Notes: generated from the letters alone by a model not told the origin. A stretch of 64,000 bases of DNA from Eledone cirrhosa (GCA_964016885.1 OZ024741.1:331452001-331516000), one strand, 5' to 3'. Shown: positions 39,556 through 53,102, counted from the first letter of the stretch. Translations and numbers: made by a program.

Positions 39556-40022
39556 CATATATATATATATATATATGATTGGTGAAGAATGATGATGGAA
39601 AGACTTCTTTGAGGAATGAAGTCTTAGAATTATGTTTGATGGTGGCTCAGCTTTCTTTGATGACAACATTCAAGATGGCTGAATTAAGTTAACTTTCTCG
39701 CCATAAGGCTTCACTGTTAAATCTTAGTAGAACAAAAGTTTTGGTTAATGGAATCTGTTCTACCCTGGAGGTGTGGTTGTTAAGATTAGATCTTTTAATT
39801 TCCCATTTTATTTATTTATTTATCTCCTCATCTCTTCAGGTATGTATGCTTGTGTGTATGTATGTATGTGTGTGTATGTATGTATGTGTGTATGTATGTC
39901 TGTCTGTGTGTATGTATATATATATATATAAATATATATATACGTATATACATATATGTATATACATATACGTATATACATATATGTATGTATGCATGTA
40001 TCTATCTGTATATATACACACA

Positions 40023-40090
<68 letters not shown>

Positions 40091-40339
40091 ATACATATAT
40101 GTGTGTATATATATATATAACAAACTTCTTCTTGTGGAGGAAGAACAATGACACGTTGGCAGGCATAGTGAGAAAAGCTAGACATCAAAGTTAAAAGTGT
40201 TGTAAATATATTAATTTTAAAGAAGAAGGGATGGAACGACTGTTTATAAACAAGAATTAGAAATGGAAAGCTGTATAGTATAGAAAGGTAGGCTTTTAAT
40301 GTTGGCAGCAGAGCAGCAGCTGCTTGGTGAATAAACTGT

Positions 40340-40914
40340 ATGTAGGAAGAGGAAGGAGGGGGAGGAGGAGGAGAGCTGAGGGAGCGGAACGAGAAAGAAG
40401 AAGAAGATTGTTATAGAGACATAATGTGTTATATACAATGTATAATCTGTAAGAAGGAAGAGGAAGGAGGAGAAGGAAGAAGGAGAGAAAGAGGAGAGGA
40501 AAAGAAAGGGGAGTATAAGGGAGAAGGGAGAGGAAGAGAAAGGAGGAAGGAGAGAGGAGTAAGGAGCAGGGGGAGAAGGGAGGAAGAGGCGAGAAGGATG
40601 GCGAGGAAGAGGAGGAAGGAGAGAAGGGAGGAGGGGAAGAGGCGCAAGGAAGGGAGAAGGGAGATGAGGGAGAGGAGAGGAAGAGGAAGGAGGGAGAGGA
40701 GGGAGGAGGAAAGAGAGAAGGTAGTGGAATGAGAGGAAAAAAGAGAAGGAGGGAGAAGAAGAAGGATGGGGGAGAGGATGGAGGAGAAGGGAGAGGAAAG
40801 GTGGAGGGAAGGGGAAGAAGAGTAGGAGGGAGAAGAGAGGAAGAGGAGGGAAAGAAATAGGAGGGGATGAGGAAGATGGTTTTAGAGACATAATGTGTTA
40901 TATACAATGTATAA
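40340..40914. repeat. Polypurine tract with a duplicated ~40 bp unique segment
   Basis: tagagacataatgtgttatatacaatgtataa at 40414 and 40883. Confidence 0.85.
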
Positions 40915-41089
40915 AAGCAATAATCTTAAATTGGTAATTTCAAAAGCTGATGTTTTATTGAAGAGAAACATTTTCAGGTTTTTAGACAGGGGTTCTCAGG
41001 TCTTGTTGGATGAAAGTATACAACTGTGTGTGGGTATACACAGTTGTATACTTTCATAGTCTGGAAACTTTTTGACTTACCCTTGTATA

Positions 41090-41440
41090 TCATCATCATC
41101 ATCATCATTTACGTCCGCTTTTCCCTGCTTGCAAGGGTGGGACGGGAACTGATTCTGGCTTGATTTCTACAGCTAGATGCCCTTCCTAACACCAACCTCA
41201 TTTACAGTGAGTGCTGGGTGCTTTTTTTCCGTGGTGCCTACACGGCCACTTTATAGTGTGGGCTGGGTGCTTTTTTGCTGTGGCACCTCCACGACCACTT
41301 TTGCAGTGGAATGATAGGGACCCCAGTCCTATCATCTCATTTCTACAGCTGAGTAAACTGGAGCAATGTGAAATAAAGTGTCTTGCTCAAGGAAACAACA
41401 CATCACCCGGTCTGAGAATTGAACTCACAACCTTTTGATT
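41090..41440 (-). mobile_element. CORE SINE with RTE tail
   Basis: Reverse complement of the 23447/56286 family. Confidence 0.9.
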
Positions 41441-41453
41441 GTATATATATATA

Positions 41454-42323
41454 CGAGGGTAAGTCAAAACGTTTCCGGACTAGCTTTTTATTTAAAAATG
41501 GACTTTATTTCCATAAGTTTAAACACCATCTCCTTCAAAGTAGTCCCCTTGCCCAGCAATGCACCAATCCCATCATTTCTGCCACTCCTGGAATGTGGCC
41601 TCGAAATCATCTTCTGTAATTCATGCTGGATCTTAGCAATGGTGTTAAAACAGTGATCTTTTAGCTTGATTTTCATCTTTGGGAAAAGGAAGAAGTTTGC
41701 AGGAGTTAAATCTGTTGGGTAGGGCAGTTGTGGAAGCAATGCATGTTGTGCTTGGTGAGAAACTCACGGACAATGAGTGCTTGGTGGAGGCGCATTGTCG
41801 TCATAGAGAATCCCGTTCTTTGTGTGCCACAGATCCAGTTGCTTTCGCTGAATGTTCTCCCTCAAATGCCTCAGAACTTCGCAGTAAAACTCCTTTTTGA
41901 CGGTCTGGCCCTGGGGGATAAATTCTTGATGAACAATGTTGCAGATGTAAAAAAATATGATGAGCAGGCTCTTGATTGAACTGCAGCTCTGTCCTGCCTT
42001 CTTTGGTCATGGAGATGATAGAGCTTTCCATTATGTTTGTTGTTGCTTTGACTCTGGATCATACCTGTAAACCCAAGACTTGTCACCAGTGATGATCCTC
42101 GACATTAATGATGGCTTATTTGCTGCACTTCATTTGGGTTCTTGGCAAACTTCAACACAATTTTCCTTCTGGTTCTGTGTCAGCAGACGGGGGGAAAACT
42201 TGGCAGTGTCATACTGAATGTTCATACGACACACCAACAATGTTAGCAAAGTCGTTGATCATCCTCTGATGATCATTATGTACAACTTGGTTCATAATGT
42301 AATCACAGACTTGCACATGGATG
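41454..42323 (-). mobile_element. Degenerate mariner transposon
   Basis: TA|CGAGGGTAAGTCAAAA terminus; transposase motifs ITGDKSWVYRYDPE, DDNA, PYPTDLTPANFFLFPKMK. Confidence 0.88.
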
Positions 42324-42324
42324 T

Positions 42325-42421
42325 GAGAAGAAGAAGAAGAAGAAGAAGAAAAAGAAGAAGAAGAAGAAGAAGAAGAAGAAGAAGAAGAAGAAGAAGAAGA
42401 AGAAGAAGAAGAAGAAGAAGA
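42325..42421. repeat. (AGA)n microsatellite
   Basis: Directly visible. Confidence 0.98.
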
Positions 42422-43013
42422 GTGATAAAGGATTCTCTGTGTAACTCAAATCTCACAAAGGACTTCATTTGAAAGTAACTCATCCTCATTTTTGTCATTA
42501 ATGTTTACATTGTTTGCCTATGTACATCACTGAAAGATATACCTATACATCCATTCCAGGCTTCTGCACATTTCCTGTTTACCATCTTCTATTTACAAGG
42601 CATTGGACAATCAACACAACTATGGCAGAAGAAACTTTCTAAAAGTGAAACACAGTGAAATCAAACCTAGAGTTACATAGTAAGGAAACAAACTTCTTAA
42701 CCACAGATATATATTTTCTTTGCTACACCCTTTTTTCTTTGCTAATAATTGTAAAAGACACCTAAAGTGGGATCGAGTCCACAGTCCTATGGTAGGGAAG
42801 TGAACTTCTTAACCACACAGCCACATTGTGACACTAGAGCCCTTGCCTTTCCCATCTTTTTCCAGTTTTTTTTTAATGTTTTCTTATTTTACATTCCATT
42901 CTTTCTTTGCAGTCTAAAAAAAAAATTTCTTTCATTTTCTATTAAATTGTTTTTATCGATAATTTCCACTACTTTCTAATGAAATCATCATGGTTTAGCT
43001 TCATACACAAAGA

Positions 43014-43240
43014 TTAAGAAGTGGATGTTCCATGTTGACTGCAGGAACACTTGTAGATGTTTAAGCTAATGTGGGACAGGCAGGCACGGCTGCAGCAACT
43101 GCAGCTGTACGTCTGGTCAGGGTTTGATGATATGGTTTTGTGGTTCTTCCTCCTATGCCTTTTGTCCTTGAGGGTGGCTCTGCGAGATTTTCGAAGGAGG
43201 AGACAGCACGGTTGATAGTGAGATGCCATGTGTCACTGTT
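43014..43240 (-). mobile_element. RTE/BovB-like LINE C-terminal fragment
   Basis: RRATLKDKRHRRK...YSCSCCSRACLSHISL zinc-finger-like end. Confidence 0.6.
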
Positions 43241-43825
43241 CTTCTAATGAAATACTTTATATTTTAATTAATTAATGAATTTGGGAAGGATTTACTAAAA
43301 TTATAATTTCATTAAGTTGGTATTTGTAACATAATTAAATGTTCTTATATAAAATTATGTTGGAAAGTTTCAATTTAAATAGGAAGATTTTGTTTCATAG
43401 AAAAAAATTGCAGTTATGGAGTAGGTGGGTATTAAAAGGGTTAAACCATATATGATAAAAACAAAACAAAACAAAAAAATAATTAATTACATACCTGAAA
43501 TCACTAATCAGAGTGATTAAGTGAACGAATTGATACAAAGGCAGAACTAATTCAATTATCAAACGCTAATATACCAGGTAAGTGATGTGAACAAAACAGA
43601 ATGGGACACATATATACTTGCTTATACAGCTAGATATTTTTGAAAGGGGAAACATAATGGAGGGTAGGAGATAATAACACCCCTCACCCGCCACAAAAAC
43701 AATCAAACAAACAAACAAAACAAAAACAAACAACAACAACTAAAACTGATGCTGTGTGATTTATAAGTAAAAGAATGAAAAACTATATCCATTGCTGAAT
43801 AAAATAATTGTTAGTGATCTAGTGA

Positions 43826-44030
43826 TTTAGGCGCAAGGCCAACAATTTTGGGGAGGGGAAAGTCGATTAAGTGACCCCCAGTGTGTTACTGGTATTTTAT
43901 TTTATCGAATCCGTAAGGATGAAAGGCAAAGCTAACCTTCGCAGGATTTAAACTCAGAACGTTAAGGAATATAACTATATGTTGCAAAGCATGTTGTCTG
44001 ACGCTTTGCCACTTACTTCCAATCCACCAC
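43826..44030 (-). mobile_element. Meta-type SINE
   Basis: Reverse complement of the 12553 family. Confidence 0.8.
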
Positions 44031-44034
44031 CCTT

Positions 44035-44066
<32 letters not shown>

Positions 44067-44678
44067 GGTGGCTGCCAACTCGTTTTCGAGTACGGCCACT
44101 ACTTTATATCCATGTAGGAGAACCCCTACCGATGCGCTGAACGAGTGTGACTTTTTAGTCCAGCCAGCGACTTGAAAACTCTGGTACAAACACTACACTT
44201 GTGACAATTATTGACACATAGTGCTGGGCCCATGGTACCATGTGACGGCAAGTGCAGAGAGATCTCCAGATATAAAGCAATGCCTGTGCCGTGAAGCTTT
44301 TATAGTGAGCAAAGGCACTGCACAAAGCCAGTCCCACTCTCTTAACCAAGATGATATTTACCAAAAAGAAGAACAAGTCAACATCATTGGATACCATCAG
44401 GGTTGCAGGTGTTATATCAGAGTTTTCCTTCTCCTAGAATTCTGCCTTGACAAAGGCTAAGGGGTCATCTCTCCCAGTGATTTTGGATGGCCATTGACTC
44501 TTAAGAGCTCCTTTGCCCTTTGACAGGTTTTGTTTTTAGTCCTGCAGGATGTCCAAAGTCACCCTCCTCACCAAGAAACCTTGGTGGGGTTGCCAGTTTA
44601 GTCGCCAACGACCCGACCATGAAACAGGTTGTACTGGGATACATGTTACCAGTAGCACCAAGTGGTGACCTGACATAG

Positions 44679-44718
<40 letters not shown>

Positions 44719-44732
44719 ATATATATACATAT

Positions 44733-44785
<53 letters not shown>

Positions 44786-44787
<2 letters not shown>

Positions 44788-44990
44788 GGACCTGTTATTT
44801 TTATCTAAAGACATTTATTCCAATTCCAACCTGCCCGCCCCTTCAATCTATCTAATTTCTCATTCTTTCTTCTGATGAAGGACTAGCGTCCGAAAGTTTA
44901 AGACCATCTTCCTGCTATCTCAAGCATTAACCTAATATATTCTTTCCATATACTGTACCGATTGTGTTGTTATTTCTGTTTACCATTTAC
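44786..44990 (+). mobile_element. ~200 bp dispersed hammerhead-containing repeat (family 2)
   Basis: TCTT-CTGATGA-A-GGAC(TAGC)GTCC-GAAA; copies at 61704, 48603(-), 49950, 8850(-). Confidence 0.75.
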
Positions 44991-45008
44991 ATACATATAT
45001 ATATATAT

Positions 45009-45386
45009 GTATTCTTATACTTTGGGAGGGTCATGCTGCCAATAAAAGCACATATACCTGTTGGATTTCACTTCAATTTATTAAAAACTCCCAGTGGTTT
45101 AGTTTAATAACCAGATGGTTGTTTAGTTGTTGATTATCAAAGCTCTTTCATCACACATTCTGCGACCACCTCAGTGACAACTTTTGTAGTTATTTTGTGT
45201 CTCTCCTTTGTTGTATTCTACACCAAGATGGTGTAGGACAGAACAAACGAGAGACACAATCAATAACAACTAAACAACTATCTGGTTATTAAAGAAACCA
45301 ACTGGAAGTTTATAATAAATTGAAGTGAAATCCAACAGGTGCGTGTGTTTTACTGGCAATATGACCCTTCCAAAGTATAACAATAC
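45009..45386. mobile_element. Fold-back element
   Basis: ~127 bp inverted arms 45009-45135 and 45258-45386, plus internal hairpin 45196-45257. Confidence 0.85.
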
Positions 45387-45459
45387 ACGTTTTCACATAA
45401 GAAATCTTCCAAAACAAATATATTTATTCTTTTTTGATTAAAATAATCACTTTTAATTT

Positions 45460-45945
45460 TGGCACAAGGCCAGAAATTTAAAAGAGAAAGTTGATTATAT
45501 CAACACCAGTATTTGACTGGTACTTTAGTTTATCAACCTTGGAAGAATGAAAGGCAAAGTTAATCCAGACAGGATTTGAACTCAGAACATGAAGAGCCAG
45601 AACAAATACTGCTAAATATTTGTCTGATGCTCTAATGATTCTGCCAATCCACTGCTCTTCTACTGATTAAAATAAAGGTTTTTAATTTATGAACAAGGGT
45701 AGCAATTTGGAAGACAATGAAAGTCAATTATATTGACCCCTAGTATTTTTCTGGTATCTTATTTTAAATGTCATTGCAGCATTTTTTCTGGCCCTTTACA
45801 TTCTGAGTTCAAGCCCTACTATGGTCAACTTTGCCTTTCATCTTTCTGGGGTCAATAAAATAAAGTATCAATAAAGTACTGGGGTTGATATAACTTTCCC
45901 CTTCCCCCCAAATTTGCTGGCTTTGTGCCTAAATCAGAAACCATT
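45460..45945. mobile_element. Two degenerate Meta-type SINEs in opposite orientations
   Basis: 45460-45650 (-) and 45780-45945 (+). Confidence 0.7.
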
Positions 45946-46277
45946 ATCTAATATAATTTTAATGAAGCCTAATTTATTGATTCACCCACTACGTTACGTT
46001 AAATATTATTATTGCTTTAATTAAGACAGAACTTGGAGTTTTGCAGCAGTTTAGACCTAATATCTCGTTAGTTAGGGACACACTTGTATTTCAAAATTAG
46101 AATTCTATCCCTAAGGCTAAAGATGCTATTTTAATTGTTAAGCTATTGATTAGTAGCTGGGCTTTAATAAATTTTTCGCTCATCTTTACAACTTATCTCT
46201 CTTCCTCACAATAGCTGACATCTCATTACCATCACCTTCATTTTTACTTCACAGAATATACAAATATATTTCATAAG

Positions 46278-46925
46278 ACTGATGATGATGATGATAGTGG
46301 TGCTAGAGGTGGTGGTGGTGATGGTGGTGGTGATGGTGATGATGGTGGTGTTTGTAGTGGCGGTTGTGATGATGGTGGTGGTGATGATGGTAGTGGTAGT
46401 GGTGGCGGTGGTGCTGATGGTGATGATGGTGATGATGGTGGTGTTTGTTGTGGTGGTTGTGATGATGGAGGTGGTGATGATGGTGGTGGTGATGGTGGGG
46501 ATGGTGGATGTGGTGATGATGGTGGTGTTTGTAGTGGTGGTTGTGATGATGATGATGGTTGTGATGATAGTGGTGCTGGTGGTGATGATGGCAGTGGTAG
46601 CGGTGGTGGTGATGATAGTGGTGGGGATGATGTTGGTGGTGGTGGTGTAGGTGCTGGTGGCGGTGATGATGATGATGTTTGTGGCGGTGTAGGTGGTGGG
46701 GATGATGGTGGCGGTGGTGGTGGTGTTGGTTGTGGCAACGGTGGTGGTGGTGTTGGTTGTGGCGACGGTGGTGGTGATGATGGTGGTGGTGGTGTTGGTT
46801 GTGATGGTGGTGGTGGTGATGATGATGATGGTGGTAGTGATGATGATGTTGATGATGTTGGTATTATTGTTGTTGCTGGTGGTGATGGTGATGATGACGA
46901 TGGTGGTAGTAGTGACGATGACAAA
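46278..46925. repeat. Compound (GGT/GAT)n repeat
   Basis: Directly visible. Confidence 0.95.
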
Positions 46926-47611
46926 TCTTCTTCCTTCTCCTCTATCTCCTCCGCCTCCTCCTCTTCCCTCCTTCCATTATTATTAAATATACCTACTCTC
47001 CATTCTTCCTGTCCTATTCCATTCACATTCACATTCCCATTCTCTTCTCTTCTCTTCTATTCATTCTATTTTAATTAAAAATATTTGCCTTATTCCTATG
47101 GAAATATCAATTTAGCTTTCATGAAATATTCATCTTTCCTTTTGCACTGCAATATTTCACTAATTTTCATTAAAAATATTCCATTCCTTACTATAAAGAT
47201 GTCGAGGACCATTTATTCCTAAAGGAGACATTTTCATTGAAAACACAAGTTTTGTAATCATCACCTTTATTTATAGCGAAAAAAAAAATCTTCATCAATC
47301 TAATTTTCCTTATATTTCTAGTTAATGGCTACAAAGAGCTCTCTCTTGCTCTCTTTCTCTCTCTCTCTATCCCCCCCCTCTCTCTCTCTCTATATATACA
47401 TATATATATATAATCAGTTCCCGTCTCACCCTTGCAAGCAGGGAAAAGTGGACGTAAAATGAAATGATGAAATGATGATGATGATACATACATATATACA
47501 TACATAAATACATATATACATACATACATACATGCATACATGCATACATATATACATACAGATATACATTTCTATATATATATACATACACATATATATA
47601 TATATATAGTG

Positions 47612-48055
47612 AAGGCGCATGGCTTAGTGGTTAGAGCATTGGGCTTGCAATTGAAAGGTTGTGAGTTCAATTCTCGGACCGGGTGATGTGTTGTTTCCTT
47701 GAGCAAGACACTTTATTTCACATTGCTCCAGTTTATTCAGCTGTAGAAATGAGATGATAGAACTGGGGTCCCTATCATTCCACTGCAAAGTGGTCGTGGA
47801 GGTGCCACGGCAAAAAAGCACCCAGCCCACACTGTAAAGTGGACGTGTAGGTCCCACAGAAAAAAAAAGGACCCAGCACTCACTGTAAATGAGGCTGGTG
47901 TTAGGAAGGGCATCCAGCTGTAGAAATCAAGCCAGAATCAGTTCCCGTATGAGCAAGACAAGGTCAGCCGACCGGACACTGCCCACAACAGGACAACCTG
48001 TCTAACCCATGCTAGCGTGGAAGAATGGAAGTAAAACGGTGATGATGATGATGAT
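47612..48055 (+). mobile_element. Full-length tRNA-CORE SINE with RTE-type tail
   Basis: ggcgcatggcttagtggttagagc...gagttcaattctc, CORE-like segment, 48 bp repeats, (GAT)n. Confidence 0.9.
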
Positions 48056-48461
48056 ATACACATATACATACATATATATATACATATATATATACACATA
48101 TACATACATACATACACATATAGATGCATATATACGTATATATATATATCGTTATGCCTTAAACAAGACACTTTATTTCACGTTGCTCCTTCTACCTGGA
48201 GTTGCGACCGATAGATAGTATTAGCAATTGGAAAGACCAATCGAAACATTGTTTCCTCAGTCCGATTTAACGAAAGTCGATCGTCCCTTCTATATGTGTA
48301 TATATATTCCTTGCAAGCAGACGTAAAATGATGATGATGATGATGATATATATATATATACATATATATATATTAAAGTGTTAAATGATATTCAATGATT
48401 ATGTCAAAGACTACCTTGATTAAATCTTAACCATTTAACATCTCAGGGTATGTCATGTATC

Positions 48462-48520
48462 ATTATATTTTGTCTGATGAGGACGTACTGTTGTACATCC
48501 GAAATATGTATAATAAAATG
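48462..48520 (+). ncRNA. Hammerhead-like motif (family 3)
   Basis: CTGATGA-GGACGTAC(TGTT)GTACATCC-GAAA-TATGTA; related copy at 61985-62045. Confidence 0.55.
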
Positions 48521-48570
48521 TAATTGATCAAAAGAACATCTATTTTATTAATATTTATATTTTAATACAC

Positions 48571-48602
<32 letters not shown>

Positions 48603-48722
48603 AAAAGGTAAACAGAAATAACAACACAATCGGTACAGTATATGGAAGGAATATATTAGGTTAGCACTTGAAATAGCAGGAAGAGGGTCTTAACGTTTCA
48701 GATGCTAGTCCTTCATCAGAAG
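48603..48722 (-). mobile_element. Hammerhead family 2 copy
   Basis: Reverse complement cttctgatgaaggactagcatctgaaacgttaagaccc. Confidence 0.7.
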
Positions 48723-49624
48723 TGTGTGTGTGTGCATAGATATGTAATTTATATAAGTGTATATATGTATAAGGACACACATATGTATATCTAAATATAT
48801 ACACATACATTGACACACACACATATATATTCAAAGGACTCCATAGGTGTTGTGAAAGCAAGGGGCATGCCTGGGAAGTCAGCCCTCACTCCAGAGTACA
48901 TACCTTGACAAGACTCCCCTCTTTCCAGGGTTCAGGATTGGACAAGACTTTCCTTTCTTCAGGGTGCAGGTATGGCATTTCTTCCCTGTTTTCAGAGTGC
49001 AGGCCCGGTTATATCTTCCTTCTCTCCAGGGTACAGACCTGGGCATATCATATGTAAAAGCTTCCCAACATTTATTTTGCCCTCTCCCTCATCACATCTT
49101 AGCTCTATCCCCCTCCATGAATGTTTTGACTTCACATTTTGTAGTTTGGCAGTCTACAGTTTCACTGTCATAGCACCATATGTGATGTTTTGTGGTATCA
49201 CTTATGGCCATATACATGACATGGGGACAAACAGAGCCACGAACATGCATCTACCAACACCTTCCTTTCCTGGCAACACCATAGGATAACTATTACGTAT
49301 GTGTACCTACATATATTTGTGCAAGTACACATACATAGGTGAACTGCACTCATGTGTGCATGTGAATACAGACATGCACACACAAGTGCATTTAACCACT
49401 TGGTCACCTTTTGTCACTCCCTGCATTGGTCAGCTCACACATACTCATGCACTCACACCTCTACACTTCCTACAAAGATATTAAGACATTAGCTTTATCA
49501 TGGTCTGAAGCACATCAGACTTCCATACCCTCACAGCTATGCACAAACAAATACACACACATAAGCACACATACACATGTTAACTCAAATTATGCAAGGA
49601 TTATCTCCCTTTTAAAAACTCTTA

Positions 49625-49825
49625 TAGGACGTCGGTTGAAAAGATCATAGGCTGAATATGAAGGAGTGATGTTAGAGTTGTGAAATCTTGCCTGCATTAA
49701 TTCCAACTCTTCTTATTAATAACTGCATTGTCTCTTTCCAGGGTCTATGTTGAAAAATAAATCTCATATGGTCACTCCATGAGAGTATCTTGGTCAGCAT
49801 ATCAATGTTTCAACCAACCCTAGTA
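49625..49825. mobile_element. Mariner-type MITE
   Basis: gtcggttgaaaagatcatagg ... tttcaaccaaccc termini; second copy at 51138. Confidence 0.6.
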
Positions 49826-50879
49826 TCTAAGATCATTCTGACTAAAACTTCCTTAAAATGGCTGACTTAACACACATGCTTTCTTCACATAAAACTTTTT
49901 TTTCTGTTTCTTCTTCTTATTCTTGTCTAACTTTCTATTTCTTCTATCTCTTATTCTAACTTCTGATGAAGGACTAACATCTGAAATGTAAAGTCCCTTT
50001 TCCTACTATATCAAAAGCACCTAGTCCACCCTTAAATCTGGTTGGTTTTAGGAAGAGCATCCAGCCATAGAAAGCAAACCAAAGTTCAGATCCATATGAG
50101 CTTGACGTGGTCACCTGACCTGACTTATTTCATAATGTGACAACTCCTCTAACCCATGCAAGCGTAGACACATGGATGTTAAACAATGATGATGATGGTG
50201 ACATATAGAAAGTCTGCAGTTCTGAAACTGGGGAGACCACAAATCAGGATAGTACTCTCTGCATTGGAAGAAGTAGAATGGGTACAAAGGAAGGTTAAAA
50301 CCTGACTGCAACACCTAAGGATAGTATTCTGTTAAAGACAGAAGTGAACCACAACTAAACCTGTAAAAATCCCCTCCCTATGAAATAAAGGAAATATCAT
50401 CATCTTCATTGCCATTTTTAAGTTCATTTTTTCCCATGTCCGCATGGATTTGGTGAGTCCTCTCACCATATGTCTGTGTGTGTGTGTGTGTGTGTGTGTG
50501 CATGGAGGTGCATGACCTAGTGGTAAGAGTGTTGGACTTATGATCATAATGTTGTTGGTTTGATTCCTGGATTGGGCTGTGTGTTGTGTTTTTGAGCAAA
50601 ACACTCCATTTCACATTGCTCCAGTATATCATCATCATCATCATCATCGATTAACGTTTATCTTCCACGCTACCATGGGTTTGTCCCATTTAGAGGCAAG
50701 TTGGGTCAGGTGACCGTGTCTCGCTCATATAGAAGAGCTTCTGGCTGGTTTTCTACAGCTAACCACATTGACAGTGTGTGCTGGGTGCTTTTTGCCTGTC
50801 TTTTACATGTCCACTTTACAGTGTGGGCTGGGTGTTTTTTCAACATGAGCTGAAAATGAGTACCAGCAATAGCTGGGGG

Positions 50880-51120
50880 TTTAACCCTACAATGGATTGG
50901 CATCTGGCCAGCGGGGTGGAAGAGTCTTGTACTTTCAGTCACTTCACCATGGAAACTAGGATAAGCACCAGCCTGATGAGCCTCTGGGCTTGAGACAGAC
51001 TTTAATCCTGCTATGGACTGGCATCTTGTCTAGGGGACAATATTGTACTCTCAGTTGCTTCACACCATGGAAACTGGGATAAGCATCAGTCTGATGAGCT
51101 TCTTGGCTTGAGACAGACAT
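50880..51120 (+). mobile_element. Tandem duplicated SINE 3' module (V-domain-like)
   Basis: Two ~120 bp copies atggactggcatcttgtctaggg...ggaaactgggataagc...ctgatgagc...gagacagac. Confidence 0.6.
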
Positions 51121-51137
51121 TAGACATTTTAGTGAAT

Positions 51138-51336
51138 ATGAATGTTGACTGAAAAGTTCACAGGCTGATTATGAAGGATTGATGTTAGAGCTGTGAAATC
51201 TTGCATGCATTAATTTCAACTCTTCTTGTTAATAACTGCATTGTTTCTTTCCAGGGACTAAGTTGAAAAATAAACCTCATTTGGTCATTCCATGAGAGTA
51301 TCTTGGTCAACTTATGAACTTTTCAGCTGACTCATA
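51138..51336. mobile_element. Mariner-type MITE
   Basis: tatga..gactgaaaagttca ... tgaacttttcagctgactcata inverted termini. Confidence 0.7.
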
Positions 51337-52709
51337 TGTGTGTGTGTGTGTTGCATTATTAATCTAATCAGAAACACTCTTTAGTGTTTTGGTCCAAAGG
51401 AGTCAGAAATATGCAATCTGAATTGCCATCTATTTGTCTCAAGTGCAAACTCTTATTACTTAACATTATACATAAAATATTGTTGTGTTAAAACTCACAT
51501 CCCATCTCATTATATATTTTCTCAGTGTAGATAATATTCTTTTTTTTATGATGATATCATAAAAGATGTGTGTGTGTGTATGTGTGATTGAGTGTGTGTG
51601 TCTTCTCCCACTTTTTCTTCCTTATGTGTGTTTAGTGGTACAGCTTACATGATATTGGATTATGAGAATTTAATGGCTTAATCTAGAATGTAAACCATTG
51701 GAAATTTATGATAAAAGAATATTGCAATAGGGAATGGAAGGAATTGGCAAAAACCAACCAAACAAACAACAAAAACAAACACACACACATAAAACAAAAA
51801 CACACCCAATAAACAAAACCCAAACACACAAAAATAATGGATAAAATAAGGTATCATCAGCTCAGCATCCTATGTTGAACATTAGAAAAAGCAGAAAGTT
51901 GCAGCTTATGAAAATGGAATAAGTTAGGTGAAGGTGTTAAGGCATGTAACCATGGAAATATAGAAATATCTTAAAAATATATCTGCCAAGAAAAGAAAAA
52001 AAAAAAAAGACCCAAGGAAAGGTAAGACCATATTCAAGAAATCAACCCAAAATTCTTTCAACAAATTTTTTTCCTTCTCTTTCTACATCATACATCAATA
52101 ATGTTATGGACTTAAGATGTAGATGTTCTCTGGGAAATTTATGTTTTCTTTTTTCTTCTGGTTTGTTTTGCAAAACAAAACGATTCTTGAGAAGCAAAGA
52201 GATATATTATTTCACAAGTATAGTGGGACGACAAAGATTGACAGAAAGAGAGAGAGAGGAAAAAAAGGGGGGAAAAAAAGGAGTTATTTACTGAGCTTTT
52301 CAAGACATTCGTTTCCAGCAGATATGTTTAAAGTGGAGATATGTATATGATAAATATATTTACTTATATTATCTGTATGTGTGCATTTATCAATATAAAA
52401 TGTTTGATTAATGCATCACTATTTATGAACCATAATATATAAATAATGGCTAAAATGTGAAATTCTTTTACTGCTGAGTACAAGTGAAAACATTTCTGTA
52501 ACTACTAGTGGACCCATGCTGTCAATAATGGTTTCTAATTTAAGCACAATTCCAATAATTTTGAGGGAGTGGAAAGTCATAAATTATAGGGTTTCAATTA
52601 TACAAACCATTAATTTATCAAAATGCAAATTTCAGTTTGTATGATTGTTCATATATGGGATATATATAGAGAGAGATGGGATATATATATATATATAGAG
52701 AGAGATGTC

Positions 52710-53102
52710 TTGGAATTTCGTATTTCTAAAGAAATACGGTATGTTTATAAATAAACATTTAGAAAGCTGTAGCTCTGCAAAAACACCAGTGGCTATTGGC
52801 ACCTGGCAGTGTCCAGCAGAAGCAAGGGGGACAATCGTCAATGCATATTTTGAACTGAACTGGCTCTCGTCAGGATGATCCCTCTTGCTCTTGCAACTGC
52901 TGGACTTTGAAAATAGGCAAGAATATATAGTTTTCTCGCCTGTGTAAATGAGGTGATTAATCTCATATACACATGAAGCTGTATAAGTTGGCTCAACTTA
53001 TAATAAAATAGAATTAGGATTTAGCTTCTTTTTGCATAGCTATGGCTTTCTAAATGTTTATTTATAAACATACCGTATTTCTTTAGAAATACAAAATTCC
53101 AA
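52710..53102. mobile_element. Fold-back element
   Basis: ~73 bp inverted arms 52710-52782 and 53028-53102. Confidence 0.85.

Noticed and set aside
40244-40907. Pro/Ser/Leu and Arg/Glu rich ORFs
   Set aside because: Polypurine low-complexity tract
41011-41057. Hairpin tgaaagtatacaactgtgt...acacagttgtatactttca
   Set aside because: Isolated short palindrome; cannot be assigned as a miRNA or other element from sequence alone
46271-47032. Proline-rich extensin-like ORF
   Set aside because: Compound triplet repeat with no domain or splice evidence
47612-47680. tRNA gene candidates (also 23447, 56286, 12553)
   Set aside because: Imperfect cloverleaf that continues into SINE bodies; these are SINE heads
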